64,000 bases of DNA from Prochlorococcus sp. AG-679-M23 (GCA_003208875.1 QCUR01000001.1:320001-384000); one strand, 5' to 3'. Shown: positions 9,926-20,126, counted from the stretch's first letter. Made by a program: numbers and translations. Notes: generated by a model not told the origin, from the letters alone.

Positions 9926-11458
9926 TTAAAGATCTATGGTTTTAAGAAGCTTTTTATATTCCTTCTTCCCCATGATTTTTTCAGCCGCATATGCTCCACT
10001 TGCTGAGACGGCAGGTATACCAATTCCAGGGAAAGTACTTGCTCCACAAGTAAGCAAATTTTTAACAGATGTTTTACATCCAGGGAATAGTCCTTGAGCA
10101 GCCGATAATGCTGGGCCGTAGCTACCACAATAAGTATTGGTATACTTTTTATGCGTTAAAGGAGTGCCAAGCAATTTTATCTCAATTCTATTATCTATAT
10201 CAGGTATTATTTTTCTCAAAGATTTGAGAAATATTGAACATCTTTCCTCTTTAAGTTCTTTGTAAGCTAACTCATTAGATTTTAAATTCTTCCAAATTTC
10301 CCATGGTTCATTGGCTGGAGTATACCCATGCAGGACGTGTTTACCTTTTGGTGCCATACTCTTATCTAATACAGAAGGAATTGAGAAAACTGCTACATTT
10401 CTTTCTGCAGTAATTCCTCTCTCCCAGTTATCAACGTGTATTGCATGAATTGGTAAATTTTGTAGACCAGAGGCATCAAAACCTAAATGAATATGAAGAA
10501 AAGAACCGCATTTATTAATATCTTTAGCCTTTGGGCTCCATTTTTTTTGGAATTCTTGTGGAATTAATTTTCTGGAAGTCCAAGCATCAGTATTCATTAC
10601 GACAAAGTTCGAAATAAAATTGGAACCATTTTCTAAAGTTACACCTGAGGCAATATTTTTACTAAAATTTACAGCTTCTACTTTAGAAGAAAGAATTAGT
10701 TCACCGCCATTTCTTTTGAAAGCATCAACTAGTGCCTTTACTATACTTTCACTTCCTCCCTTTGGATATTCTAAATACGATTCAGGTTTAAACCATTCAT
10801 CAAATAATGTAGCCATCGCAGCAGAATTTGTATCATGCATTGGCATCCCACTTATTAAAAAACTAAGCAAATCAACCCAGTTTCTAAGGAAAGGATCATT
10901 TAGGTGACTGTCGACAATATCCCCAAAACCACCATTTAGCTTTGGTAATGATTTTATATTAGGTAAGAATTTAGATGCTAATTTTATAATCTCTAAAAAA
11001 TTAATTGTTTCAGGTGAACTGGAGAGGAGCGGGATTTCACTTACTATTCGACTAAGAGGTCTTATCCCTGATACAAATGAATCCCACTCATTAACAGACT
11101 TTTCACCTCTTAATAATCTTATTCTTTCTTTAAATGGTTCTTGTCCTACTTCCAAATTGAATTCGCCTTCAGGGACATTGACATGCCATCCTTGATATTT
11201 AATAAGTTCAACCTTTTCGTCAAGTAATCTAAGTATTTGCCCTAAAGGATTGGTCGTAGGCCATTTTCCGATACCACTCCATAATGAAGGACCAGATTCA
11301 AACTTATAACCTCTCATATTAAAGCTATGCGCGACACCTCCTGGTTTAGAATGAGCTTCAGCTATTAGAACTTTTTTACCTGCTAGTGCTAATAAAGAAC
11401 CGCAACATAAACCTCCAATTCCACTACCTATAATTATTACGTCGTATTTATTCATCAA
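9926..11458 (-). CDS. Phytoene dehydrogenase / carotenoid isomerase-like FAD oxidoreductase
   Basis: GSGIGG Rossmann motif, FESGPS, YPKGG, FPGIGIPAV. Confidence 0.9.
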   Translation of the reverse strand: MMNKYDVIIIGSGIGGLCCGSLLALAGKKVLIAEAHSKPGGVAHSFNMRGYKFESGPSLWSGIGKWPTTNPLGQILRLLDEKVELIKYQGWHVNVPEGEFNLEVGQEPFKERIRLLRGEKSVNEWDSFVSGIRPLSRIVSEIPLLSSSPETINFLEIIKLASKFLPNIKSLPKLNGGFGDIVDSHLNDPFLRNWVDLLSFLISGMPMHDTNSAAMATLFDEWFKPESYLEYPKGGSESIVKALVDAFKRNGGELILSSKVEAVNFSKNIASGVTLENGSNFISNFVVMNTDAWTSRKLIPQEFQKKWSPKAKDINKCGSFLHIHLGFDASGLQNLPIHAIHVDNWERGITAERNVAVFSIPSVLDKSMAPKGKHVLHGYTPANEPWEIWKNLKSNELAYKELKEERCSIFLKSLRKIIPDIDNRIEIKLLGTPLTHKKYTNTYCGSYGPALSAAQGLFPGCKTSVKNLLTCGASTFPGIGIPAVSASGAYAAEKIMGKKEYKKLLKTIDL

Positions 11459-11488
11459 AAATTAAACCCTAAGAATAAATCTTAAAGC

Positions 11489-11599
11489 TTAAACAAAAGT
11501 ATTTGTTGTTGTTGTGATACTAAGAACAACTGCAAGGAAAAATATATAAGGGACAGCCTTAAGTGGAATATGGCCTTGTCTTTTAGAAATGAAATCCAT
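11489..11599 (-). CDS. 36-aa single-TM microprotein
   Basis: MDFISKRQGHIPLKAVPYIFFLAVVLSITTTTNTFV. Confidence 0.55.
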   Translation of the reverse strand: MDFISKRQGHIPLKAVPYIFFLAVVLSITTTTNTFV

Positions 11600-11752
11600 T
11601 TTTCAAATTAAGTTATGTAAAGATAATAGTTGAAATTTGTTACGAATGTGTGTCTGTACTCTACTTTCTTAGAAATATTTTGAAATAAAGAAGAAATTTT
11701 ATTTTATTTTTTTTTAAAACCTTTTTATGATGAATAAAAAATAATATTTAAA

Positions 11753-12253
11753 ATGACTCTAGAGACAAAAAAATTACCACAATACACAGAAATAAAAAAT
11801 TTAGAGAGTATTTCTAAAAAAGATGGAAGTGGTATTGAATATGAAGATTTAATAGGAACTTGGAAATTTAATTCTGTATGGAAGAAAGGCTCAAAAGAAA
11901 TAGATAATATATCTAGTTCCATTCTTCAAGTATTATCAGCAAAATTACAATTAAAGAAAACTAATTCTCAAAATAATATAGTTGATTACGAGATAAAAAA
12001 TTCAGTTAGTTTTGGGATATTATCGATTATTTTCTGTGGGCAAGCATCATTAAAAGGTCCGAGGCCTCTATTGCCCTTTTTCTTCGAGAACTTACTAATA
12101 AATCTTGGAAATTTTATCTTAGTTAATAAACCTTTAAAAAAACCAGAAGAAAAGCAAATGCCTTTTTTCTCTTTAATAGCTATCAGTAAAGAAAAAAATT
12201 GGATGTGTGCTAGAGGAAGAGGAGGAGGACTCGCAATTTGGATTAAGTCTTGA
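11753..12253 (+). CDS. Hypothetical protein (possible lipocalin/fibrillin-like barrel)
   Basis: LIGTWKF and ARGRGGGLAIW motifs. Confidence 0.65.
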   Translation: MTLETKKLPQYTEIKNLESISKKDGSGIEYEDLIGTWKFNSVWKKGSKEIDNISSSILQVLSAKLQLKKTNSQNNIVDYEIKNSVSFGILSIIFCGQASLKGPRPLLPFFFENLLINLGNFILVNKPLKKPEEKQMPFFSLIAISKEKNWMCARGRGGGLAIWIKS

Positions 12254-12257
12254 ACTT

Positions 12258-12473
12258 TTAGTGATATTCACCAGGATGATCAACTTTTCTGACGGTAACT
12301 TTATCCACTTTTTGGCCATTAAATCTTAAAAGATCATCACCAGAGAAACTATATCCAAGTCTTTGAGCAATAAGTGCTACATCATCTGCAGTTGCAGAAG
12401 AAGTAACCTCTTTTCTTAAATTATCTTCTGACTGCATTTGTTTTAAAAATTTTCTAATTTCAGAGAAACTCAT
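12258..12473 (-). CDS. Nif11-like leader peptide family protein
   Basis: FLKQMQSEDNLRKEV...DDVALIAQRLGYSFSGDDL. Confidence 0.8.
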   Translation of the reverse strand: MSFSEIRKFLKQMQSEDNLRKEVTSSATADDVALIAQRLGYSFSGDDLLRFNGQKVDKVTVRKVDHPGEYH

Positions 12474-12529
12474 TTTAACTTTTATGCATAATTTTATATT
12501 AAAGCCTTAGAAAAAAATTAAATTGTTTT

Positions 12530-12892
12530 TTGCAAAGACCAATAAAACTAAATAAACACTATATTAAATGTATGACTTACTTATTTTTATATGTAGTTGG
12601 GATAGTCTTGATATGGTGGATATATCGTGTCGGTTGGGTTGAGGCTTTGAAAACAGTAATTAAAGTTTTAGTTCCTTCAATTCTTATAATTTTATTTAAT
12701 ATTAAAGCAGGAAGATTACTTTTCAAAAATCCTTTAGTTGGATTATTGAGTGCTTTACCAACTTCAATTTTTATTTATAGGGGTTCCCTTCCAGTCGTGG
12801 CATCTATTAATAACTGGATTGATACCAAAAGAAGCAAATATGAAGAATCCAAAGACGTAATTGATACCGATTCAATTCCTCTAGATGATTAA
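12530..12892 (+). CDS. Hypothetical membrane protein
   Basis: Hydrophobic helices; start likely ATG at 12572. Confidence 0.65.
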   Translation: MQRPIKLNKHYIKCMTYLFLYVVGIVLIWWIYRVGWVEALKTVIKVLVPSILIILFNIKAGRLLFKNPLVGLLSALPTSIFIYRGSLPVVASINNWIDTKRSKYEESKDVIDTDSIPLDD

Positions 12893-12901
12893 TATTTTAA
12901 G

Positions 12902-13324
12902 CTATTCAAATCCCAGAAATAATTCTTTGTGTACTACGAGAACATCAAATAAAGATGTTCCATGGGAAGGACTTATTGGAATATTATCTACATTTAATGC
13001 CTCTGCACAAATTAGATGACCATCCCATCTTGTATTATGTTCACTCATTCGGATTGACCAATCAATTACTTTTTTAAAGTGCTCAGGCATCTCAGATCCA
13101 ATTTTCCTGCATATTTGGCAAAGATTTGTAAGAAGGGGAGGTTTGGATGGCCTTTTTAAATCTTTAACAAGACTTGGTTGTGTAAATACACTGGTGTATC
13201 TGATGTAGTCAATTAATTCATAATCTTCATCTGTAAGTGCTGCTTTATTCAATGCTATTTCAAATTCTTCTATAGGGGTAATTGGCCTTTTAATTATCTC
13301 ATTTTTCATTATCTCATTTTTCAT
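12902..13324 (-). CDS. Hypothetical protein
   Basis: Start reassigned to MKNEI so that it overlaps only the tatA stop region. Confidence 0.7.
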   Translation of the reverse strand: MKNEIMKNEIIKRPITPIEEFEIALNKAALTDEDYELIDYIRYTSVFTQPSLVKDLKRPSKPPLLTNLCQICRKIGSEMPEHFKKVIDWSIRMSEHNTRWDGHLICAEALNVDNIPISPSHGTSLFDVLVVHKELFLGFE

Positions 13325-13604
13325 TATTATCTGATTCTGATAAATCCTTTTCCTCTGGTTCTTTAGTAACTTGATCGAGATTATTGGTAAATTTTTTCTG
13401 AGGAGATTTTGGTAAATTTTCGCTCTCTGGCTCATTAATTACTTGATCTATCTCGTTTTGAAATTCATTCGATGCTTTTTTTAAGCTTTTTAATGTTTTG
13501 CCAAGTTGTTTTCCTAATTCTGGTAATTTCTTGGGACCAAAAATTAATAGAGCTAGAATTAAAATTACTGTTACTTCTGGTAAACCTACCCCAAAGATAT
13601 TCAT
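13314..13604 (-). CDS. tatA: Twin-arginine translocase subunit TatA/E
   Basis: GVGLPE...LLIFGPKKLPELGKQLG. Confidence 0.92.
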   Translation of the reverse strand: MNIFGVGLPEVTVILILALLIFGPKKLPELGKQLGKTLKSLKKASNEFQNEIDQVINEPESENLPKSPQKKFTNNLDQVTKEPEEKDLSESDNNEK

Positions 13605-14053
13605 GATAGAAGTCTATTTAATTCATTATTAAAATCTATTATTAATATAATCTAATGATTTGAAAATATCATTTTATAAACTCGCTTTGTTACTCTTCAA
13701 AGAAGTTTATAAAAAATAATTGTAATTATTACTCCCTTAAAAAAAACTAACCAAAGTAGTTGGTAATCATTTAATTTTAATTTTTCTTGGTACCACTTAA
13801 TAAGTATTTTGTGTCTTTTAATTATTCTTTTTATTAATTTCAAAATCTATTTTTTAGATAAGACTAACTTTATATAAAACTGTATAGGATGGAAATGATA
13901 AATTAATAAATTTTGATTATCAGTAAGTACAAATTTTTTAAATAAGTAATCACATTTAATCCAAATTATTTTTGGCTTTCTTATTCTTTTAAAAATTGGC
14001 TTTGCATAAATCAAACTAAATTACAAAAATGTAATTAACTTTTTTTAAATATA

Positions 14054-14293
14054 ATGAAAATCTTATTATCAGCTTTTTTCTTATTTGCCTTTATACCTCC
14101 ATCAAAGGCAGTTACTACAAAAATGTTTAAAGTATTGGATACTTGTGCTAGATATCGTCTTGGAGAGATTGATGCTAAACAAGCTATAGAAAAACTAAAA
14201 TTAAAATCTAAGAATTCTTCCGAAATCGACTTAAAAAATATTGTAAGTAATTACTGTTCTGTATTTACCCCAAATGAAAATATAAAATTCTAA
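14054..14293 (+). CDS. Secreted hypothetical protein
   Basis: Signal peptide, two Cys. Confidence 0.65.
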   Translation: MKILLSAFFLFAFIPPSKAVTTKMFKVLDTCARYRLGEIDAKQAIEKLKLKSKNSSEIDLKNIVSNYCSVFTPNENIKF

Positions 14294-14311
14294 AAATTAT
14301 TTTTAGAGATC

Positions 14312-14449
14312 TTAAATTTTTTTATTCCAACTATAATTTTTTAATTTTTCTTTTATTTCATTTACTCTCTTATTGTTAGTGATTTTTAAATTAAAAAGTA
14401 TTCCCAAAAAAAGAATGAGAAATAAAAAACTATATATGGCAAATTCCAT
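14312..14449 (-). CDS. 45-aa single-TM microprotein
   Basis: MEFAIYSFLFLILFLGILFNLKITNNKRV... Confidence 0.4.
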   Translation of the reverse strand: MEFAIYSFLFLILFLGILFNLKITNNKRVNEIKEKLKNYSWNKKI

Positions 14450-14599
14450 AAGAATAGATATATTCAACAACATTAGTAAATTAGAGGAATCTTTTAGTAT
14501 CTTTTAGAACAATGTTTGAAAAATTTATCTAAAACTTTGTTGTTTTTGGTCACAGAAAAATAATTATTGCTTCTAAGATGGAGTTTTATATAAACTGTT

Positions 14600-15049
14600 T
14601 TGCAGATTGGAGATAAAGTACCACAATTTTCTTTACTAGATCAGAATGGCACTAAAAGGTCAAATAATGGATTAAAAACTCCCTTAGTTTTGTTTTTCTA
14701 TCCAAAGGACGACACCCCGGGATGCACTATAGAGGTTTGCGGATTTAGAGACAAGTATGACCTTTTTAAAGTCCTTGGTGCTCAAGTTTGGGGGGTAAGT
14801 AATGGTAGTTCTTCAAGCCACTTGGCATTTGCTAACAAAAATAAATTACAATATCCTTTGTTATGTGATAAAAATGATTCACTAAGAAAAGCTTTCAAGG
14901 TACCCAAAGTACTTGGTTTATTAGATGGAAGAGTTACCTATGTTATTGATAGAAATGGGTTTATTAAACATATCTTTCGAGATTTGTTGAATGGGCCAGA
15001 ACATATAAAAGAGGCAATAAGAGTCTTAAAGGAAATTCAAAATCAGTAA
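14600..15049 (+). CDS. bcp: Peroxiredoxin Q / BCP
   Basis: FYPKDDTPGCTIEVCGFRD. Confidence 0.95.
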   Translation: MQIGDKVPQFSLLDQNGTKRSNNGLKTPLVLFFYPKDDTPGCTIEVCGFRDKYDLFKVLGAQVWGVSNGSSSSHLAFANKNKLQYPLLCDKNDSLRKAFKVPKVLGLLDGRVTYVIDRNGFIKHIFRDLLNGPEHIKEAIRVLKEIQNQ

Positions 15050-15093
15050 ATTAATTATTCAAACCCTTAGAAATTAATATCTTTTCTTATAGG

Positions 15094-15396
15094 ATGTTTT
15101 CTATTAATAAATCAAACTTTATGAAAAAAATAGGGATGCAAGCAGTTGATGAAGCAATTGAAAATGGTATTGACCTAGATGGGACACCAATCCCCTCAAA
15201 AATGCTTGAGCTTTACAACAGGATTATGAACGAAGAAAACAAAAGAGAAAGAAGCGGAGTTAAAAAGTCAATGAGAAATAGATGTGTAAAAACAGGTTCC
15301 AAGCATTTTGATAAAGAAACTCTAGATCAATTATTAATTGATTCTGGTTGGGAAGGCCTCAAAGAAAAAGAAATTTTATTTTTCTACAGTAATTAA
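15094..15396 (+). CDS. DUF4090-like protein
   Basis: AVDEAIENGIDLDGTPIP...RSGVKKSMRNRCV. Confidence 0.75.
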   Translation: MFSINKSNFMKKIGMQAVDEAIENGIDLDGTPIPSKMLELYNRIMNEENKRERSGVKKSMRNRCVKTGSKHFDKETLDQLLIDSGWEGLKEKEILFFYSN

Positions 15397-15399
15397 AGT

Positions 15400-15744
15400 T
15401 TATTTAAACCATCCTTTTTTAATCGGAGTTTTTTCTTCTTCTTTTTTAATAGAAGCTATTTTGACAGCTTTCTTAAAAGCTAAGTTAGCTTCTACTACTG
15501 TTATTGTTGATATAAGAAATAAGCCTGATATACCTATTAATTGTTCTGTTTGACTTGGTTCTTTATCTCCTTGCAAAATTATTCCTATAACAAACCATGC
15601 AGTCACTACTCCAGTAGTAATGAAATATGGTAACCATCTTCTCTGATATAGATAACCAGTTCCAACTCCTGGTAAGAAATTAAGTAGTGATGCGACCCAT
15701 CCGCTTGAAGAAGCTAATACTTGATCTTTTGATAATTTATCCAT
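15400..15744 (-). CDS. Hypothetical membrane protein
   Basis: LLNFLPGVGTGYLYQRRW and TM helices. Confidence 0.75.
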   Translation of the reverse strand: MDKLSKDQVLASSSGWVASLLNFLPGVGTGYLYQRRWLPYFITTGVVTAWFVIGIILQGDKEPSQTEQLIGISGLFLISTITVVEANLAFKKAVKIASIKKEEEKTPIKKGWFK

Positions 15745-15916
15745 TTAACTAAGTGTTAATTAAATGAGAATTTATGTAAGCAAAAGATATAACTGCACAA
15801 ACTACCCAACTAAAAGGCAAAAACATTCTTATTTTTTCTTGCTTATCTTTCATTCCTTTATTATGGAAAAGATTTTATGAATTCGTGGTTTAAAAAATTT
15901 ATAAATTAATTGAGAA

Positions 15917-15944
15917 AAAAGACGGCTAAAAATAACCGTCTTTT
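15917..15944 (-). terminator. Intrinsic terminator
   Basis: AAAAGACGG...CCGTCTTTT downstream of the 15970-16209 ORF. Confidence 0.7.
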
Positions 15945-15969
15945 AAGAAATAATTTTTTTGAAAAAAAA

Positions 15970-16209
15970 CTATGCTTTTCCTTTAGTTCCGGAAAGTAAT
16001 TTAAGCTCATTCTTGACTTCTTTTTCCCTTTCTTCAAGATGTTTTAATTGAGATTTAAAAGCATCTTCAAGTCTTTTTCTTTGGGTTGTGATTTCATCAA
16101 GTTCTTCTTGATGATGGTTTTTCTTTAGTTCTTTCATCTCAGTATCAGAAATAACAAATACTGGACGATATGAAGGAGTTTCAAAAAGAAGATCAAACAT
16201 TGAATACAT
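15970..16209 (-). CDS. Hypothetical coiled-coil protein
   Basis: MYSMFD..PSYRPVFVISD followed by coiled coil; own terminator. Confidence 0.75.
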   Translation of the reverse strand: MYSMFDLLFETPSYRPVFVISDTEMKELKKNHHQEELDEITTQRKRLEDAFKSQLKHLEEREKEVKNELKLLSGTKGKA

Positions 16210-16413
16210 AGTGACCTTTGAATTAAGTACAAGTCAAATATCTTACAAATATTTGAATCTTGTAAGGATACAAACCGAAAAAAATTATACGGCAAATACA
16301 CCGAATTTCGGTTTACCTAACTAAACCGGCCAGTATTTACCGATCTATTTTTTATCGCTAATGTAATGTACAGGTATATTCGGACATGAGCTGAGGATGT
16401 TTTAGAAGTAAAA

Positions 16414-16830
16414 ATGGATTTAATTATTACTTCCAGATTAGTAATTCCTTCAAGAGAATTAAAATGGCGTTTTTCTAGATCATCTGGCCCGGGAGGTCAA
16501 AAAGTAAATAAAACTAATACTAGAGTAGAAATTATTTTTAATATCAAAGAATCAAAAGTCTTAAATGATTATCAAAAAAAAGTTTTAACGAAAAAATTGA
16601 AAACTAAATTAGTCAATAACTGTATATGTCTAGCCGTCCAGGAGGAAAGGAATCAATTACTTAATAGACAAATAGCTATAAAAAGAATTAGCTCAGAAAT
16701 TAGAAATTCATTAAACAATTCATCCAAAATTAGAAAAGCTACAAAACCATCTAAAGCTTCTCAAAATAGAAGGCTTGACTCCAAAAAAAAACGGGGAGAA
16801 CTAAAAAAGAATCGACAGATAAAGTATTAA
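16414..16830 (+). CDS. arfB: Alternative ribosome rescue peptidyl-tRNA hydrolase ArfB
   Basis: RSSGPGGQKVNK GGQ motif and basic C-terminal tail. Confidence 0.92.
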   Translation: MDLIITSRLVIPSRELKWRFSRSSGPGGQKVNKTNTRVEIIFNIKESKVLNDYQKKVLTKKLKTKLVNNCICLAVQEERNQLLNRQIAIKRISSEIRNSLNNSSKIRKATKPSKASQNRRLDSKKKRGELKKNRQIKY

Positions 16831-16938
16831 ATTATTTAAATTAATTTTGGTGAAAATATTTTCTAACTATCAATGTCTAAATTGGATTATTTTATGGATA
16901 TCTTTGATTTGACTTCTTTTCATTAAACTTCCAAATAA

Positions 16939-17187
16939 ATGAAAAAAGAATATGATTTTTGGTTAATTGACTCTAACTCAGTTGGAGTAATTCGTTTTTA
17001 TAAAAATAACCAAAATAAAGAGGATTTGATCGAATTTATGTTTATTGAAGAGGGCATCGTCATGGGTATTCATGGAGAAAATCCTCCTTTAATGAAAACA
17101 AGAAAAGAAATGAAGATCCAAGATGCAAGATTATTTTGGAAAAAATTAATAAATGAAGGATGGGAAAAAACCAATCCTAAATGGTAA
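16939..17187 (+). CDS. DUF1651-like protein
   Basis: PPLMKTR...ARLFWKKLINEGW..PKW. Confidence 0.75.
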   Translation: MKKEYDFWLIDSNSVGVIRFYKNNQNKEDLIEFMFIEEGIVMGIHGENPPLMKTRKEMKIQDARLFWKKLINEGWEKTNPKW

Positions 17188-17329
17188 ATATATTTTCCTT
17201 TTAAAATAATTTCAAATTTAGAAAAATAAATTTATTTCTCAAAAACGAATTTTTTAAATTTTAAAATGTTTTCCAATATCAGTTACTAAATTTAAAAAAC
17301 TAAATTATGAATATATTTTATTTATAAAT

Positions 17330-17497
17330 TTATACGCTTATAAAAGTTCCTTTAGGATATAACTCTGAAATTCTATTCTTTTGTATAATTTTTCTTTTCT
17401 TAAGGTCATTTTCATATCTATTTAACATCATCAAATAATTAGTAGATCCAAACAAAAACAAAAAAATAATGAATTGAAATCCTGCCTCTAAGTTCAT
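17330..17497 (-). CDS. 55-aa single-TM protein
   Basis: MNLEAGFQFIIFLFLFGSTNYLMM...YPKGTFISV. Confidence 0.5.
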   Translation of the reverse strand: MNLEAGFQFIIFLFLFGSTNYLMMLNRYENDLKKRKIIQKNRISELYPKGTFISV

Positions 17498-17687
17498 AAT
17501 TTTATATTTAAACTTTATTTAAATTTGACAACTTTTTTATAAAAAGCCATCAGTATTTATATCTATTTAAAAGAAAAATTAATATCTCTATAAAATTAAA
17601 GGATTTTTTATAGGAATATATAAGTTAATTTATTAATTTTCAATAGCAATTTGTTTTGACAATGCTTAGCATTTAAAAAAAACAAAT

Positions 17688-17948
17688 TTGAATAATAATT
17701 TATCAGAACAAGCTTTTAATCAACTCCTTTTGCAAATTGTGGGTAAAAAATTAATAGATAGTCTTAATATGATTGATTCAGATTCAAAATCAAAGATTGA
17801 AAAATGCATAGCTATCACTAATGAAGAATATTCTTATGCATTATCATTACAGGCTGATTGTGTTCCAGATTCTAAAAGAATGATAATTCAAGCTCAAAAA
17901 AAATTAGAAAGTCTCAACTCATTGTTGACTTTAGCGAAAATAATATAA
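17688..17948 (+). CDS. Hypothetical protein
   Basis: 86-aa helical ORF. Confidence 0.55.
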   Translation: MNNNLSEQAFNQLLLQIVGKKLIDSLNMIDSDSKSKIEKCIAITNEEYSYALSLQADCVPDSKRMIIQAQKKLESLNSLLTLAKII

Positions 17949-17967
17949 ATTTTAAAACGATTCCTAT

Positions 17968-18837
17968 TTACTTTATAAATTTGAATATCTGATTCTTAAA
18001 TTTTAAAAAGTAAAAAATGCAGGAAATTAGTAATAATGAAATACCATAGGAACCACCTAATGGATTTGTATTAGGCGCGCCATAACCAACTAACCAGACA
18101 GGCGCTTCTTTAGATATATTTATTAAACCATTATTTAAAACAAACCAAATACCGACAAGTCCACCATGTAGACCAATAGCTCCCCACAATGATCCCTCAT
18201 CTTTTAATCTTATAATCGAACAAAGGATTCCTAAAATGAATAAACCTAGAAGAATGCCTAATGTATTCCAAAATGGCATTTTGAATCCAATATGAACAAG
18301 GCTAAAAACTATAGATTGGCTAATTAAGGCAACTTTTATTCCAAATTGAAGTTTTAAGTCTTCTAAAAGCCATCCCCTAAAAATTATTTCTTCAGCAACT
18401 CCAATGCCAAAAGTAAGTAAAATCCCATTTAATATTATTTCTGAGGACAATCCTCCTGAAAAAGTAATGTAATTACTTTTGAGTAATGGTATCAAAATTA
18501 AAATTAGTAATATTAAAGCAAAAATAATCCCTTGAGAAAAAGATAAGATATTATTCAATAAAGTTTTATTATTTATACCAAGTGTTTCCCAACTATTTCT
18601 TATTTGCCATCGAAAATTAAACCATGCAGGCATTAAGGCAATAAATAATAAAAATGTAAATATTGTTCCTATTAATGATAAAGCTTCTTTGCTTAAATTT
18701 AAAAATAAAAATGACTGTGAGAATATCCAACCTATTAAGTAAAGAAATGGGATAAAAATTATAGTTATAAAAATGTTAGTTTTATTAAGAAAAATACTGT
18801 TTGTTTGGTTTTTGCTTTTCTTGTTTTGATTATGCAT
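17968..18837 (-). CDS. CPBP (CAAX/Abi) intramembrane metalloprotease
   Basis: EEIIFRG, FSLVH, AIGLHGG motifs. Confidence 0.92.
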   Translation of the reverse strand: MHNQNKKSKNQTNSIFLNKTNIFITIIFIPFLYLIGWIFSQSFLFLNLSKEALSLIGTIFTFLLFIALMPAWFNFRWQIRNSWETLGINNKTLLNNILSFSQGIIFALILLILILIPLLKSNYITFSGGLSSEIILNGILLTFGIGVAEEIIFRGWLLEDLKLQFGIKVALISQSIVFSLVHIGFKMPFWNTLGILLGLFILGILCSIIRLKDEGSLWGAIGLHGGLVGIWFVLNNGLINISKEAPVWLVGYGAPNTNPLGGSYGISLLLISCIFYFLKFKNQIFKFIK

Positions 18838-18864
18838 AATTTTTTATTTAATAAATTAATCAAG

Positions 18865-19095
18865 CTAAAGTTTTCTTATCGATTCATCTATATTTTTTGA
18901 CGAGCCTGCCTTTCCAGTTAAGACCCTAAAAATTTGTTGTAACAAATTCGACTTTTTATTTTTATTATGAATTACTTTTTTAGATAGGTGTGATAAATCT
19001 CTATAAAATTTCCTGGTAATTTTATCTTCTTCTTCGCTAGGCCAAAGTAAATTAGAACCTTCTTCATATTCTTCCTGGTATCTTTTTTTATTCAT
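18865..19095 (-). CDS. Hypothetical protein
   Basis: 76-aa ORF. Confidence 0.5.
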   Translation of the reverse strand: MNKKRYQEEYEEGSNLLWPSEEEDKITRKFYRDLSHLSKKVIHNKNKKSNLLQQIFRVLTGKAGSSKNIDESIRKL

Positions 19096-19183
19096 TTTTT
19101 TTCATATCTAAACAATGTAAATTCTACTTATTGCCAATACTTAAAAGTATTCTTTACTTAGTTTGTATATTTATTTAAATGTA

Positions 19184-19273
19184 ATGGAACTTAATTTCAA
19201 GACTTTAATGTTTACAGCATTATCTCCAATACTCATTGTTGCAGCAATCCTTGTAGTGTATTTATTTCATTAA
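19184..19273 (+). CDS. 29-aa single-TM microprotein
   Basis: MELNFKTLMFTALSPILIVAAILVVYLFH. Confidence 0.45.
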   Translation: MELNFKTLMFTALSPILIVAAILVVYLFH

Positions 19274-19313
19274 TTTCAATTTTGTTATCTAGAAATTTCA
19301 AATTTAAATAATT

Positions 19314-19409
19314 TTAAGGGTGAATAATCCCTGTTTTTTCTAAAACAAAGGATAAAATTGCTATGGCAGCCATAACTGTAAGGATCTTGTTCTTATTGAT
19401 GAAATCCAT
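19314..19409 (-). CDS. 31-aa single-TM microprotein
   Basis: MDFINKNKILTVMAAIAILSFVLEKTGIIHP. Confidence 0.5.
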   Translation of the reverse strand: MDFINKNKILTVMAAIAILSFVLEKTGIIHP

Positions 19410-19574
19410 ATAAGATATAGATAATTAATAACTAGTGCTATTTTTAAAAGTTAAGCGTATTTGGTTTTATATTCAATTATTTAAAAAAAAAAACATATTT
19501 CATTAATAAAAATTTTCATAAATAACGATACTAAACTGTAAATTATATTTAAATTTAGTTTAAAGATTATTTTT

Positions 19575-19916
19575 ATGGATAAAAAAGGAGCAAAAGGCTA
19601 TTGGATATCAACAGCAAAAATAATTAATCAGGAATTATTTGATGAGTATGTAAATAAAGTTGCTCCATGGCTAAAAGAAGTTGGTGGGGAAGTATTTGCA
19701 AAAGATACAGAACCATTAGGAAAGGAACGAACTGAGGATTCTAATTTAGCTGTTATTTGTGAATTTCCCTCCATGAGGGCTGCAGTTGAAGCTTTTGAAT
19801 CTGAAGAATATAGAGAACTTTCAAAGTTAAGAAGAAAAGCAACTGAGAATTCTACCTTTACAATAATGGAAGGTTTAGATGAAGCTGCAAAATTAAGAAG
19901 AGCGATGGGGAAATAA
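19575..19916 (+). CDS. DUF1330 family protein
   Basis: KGYWI...EY...GGEV...CEFPSMRAA..AFESEEY. Confidence 0.85.
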   Translation: MDKKGAKGYWISTAKIINQELFDEYVNKVAPWLKEVGGEVFAKDTEPLGKERTEDSNLAVICEFPSMRAAVEAFESEEYRELSKLRRKATENSTFTIMEGLDEAAKLRRAMGK

Positions 19917-19983
19917 TTTGTTATTCATAATTTCTGTGATTTCTATATATAGTGATTAATAAGAGAATATTTATAAGAAATTT

Positions 19984-20124
19984 ATGAAACACAGCTATGT
20001 TGGAAATTTAATACCCTCTATAAACTCCTATCAGAAAATTATTGATCAATATGAAAGAGGTTTAAAAAAAGGAGAATTTTATGAGGAGCAAATTGGAGAA
20101 GATTTAATTTATCCAGATTGGTAA
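19984..20124 (+). CDS. 46-aa hypothetical microprotein
   Basis: MKHSYVGNLIPS...EDLIYPDW; abuts the next ORF. Confidence 0.45.
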   Translation: MKHSYVGNLIPSINSYQKIIDQYERGLKKGEFYEEQIGEDLIYPDW

Positions 20125-20126
20125 AA

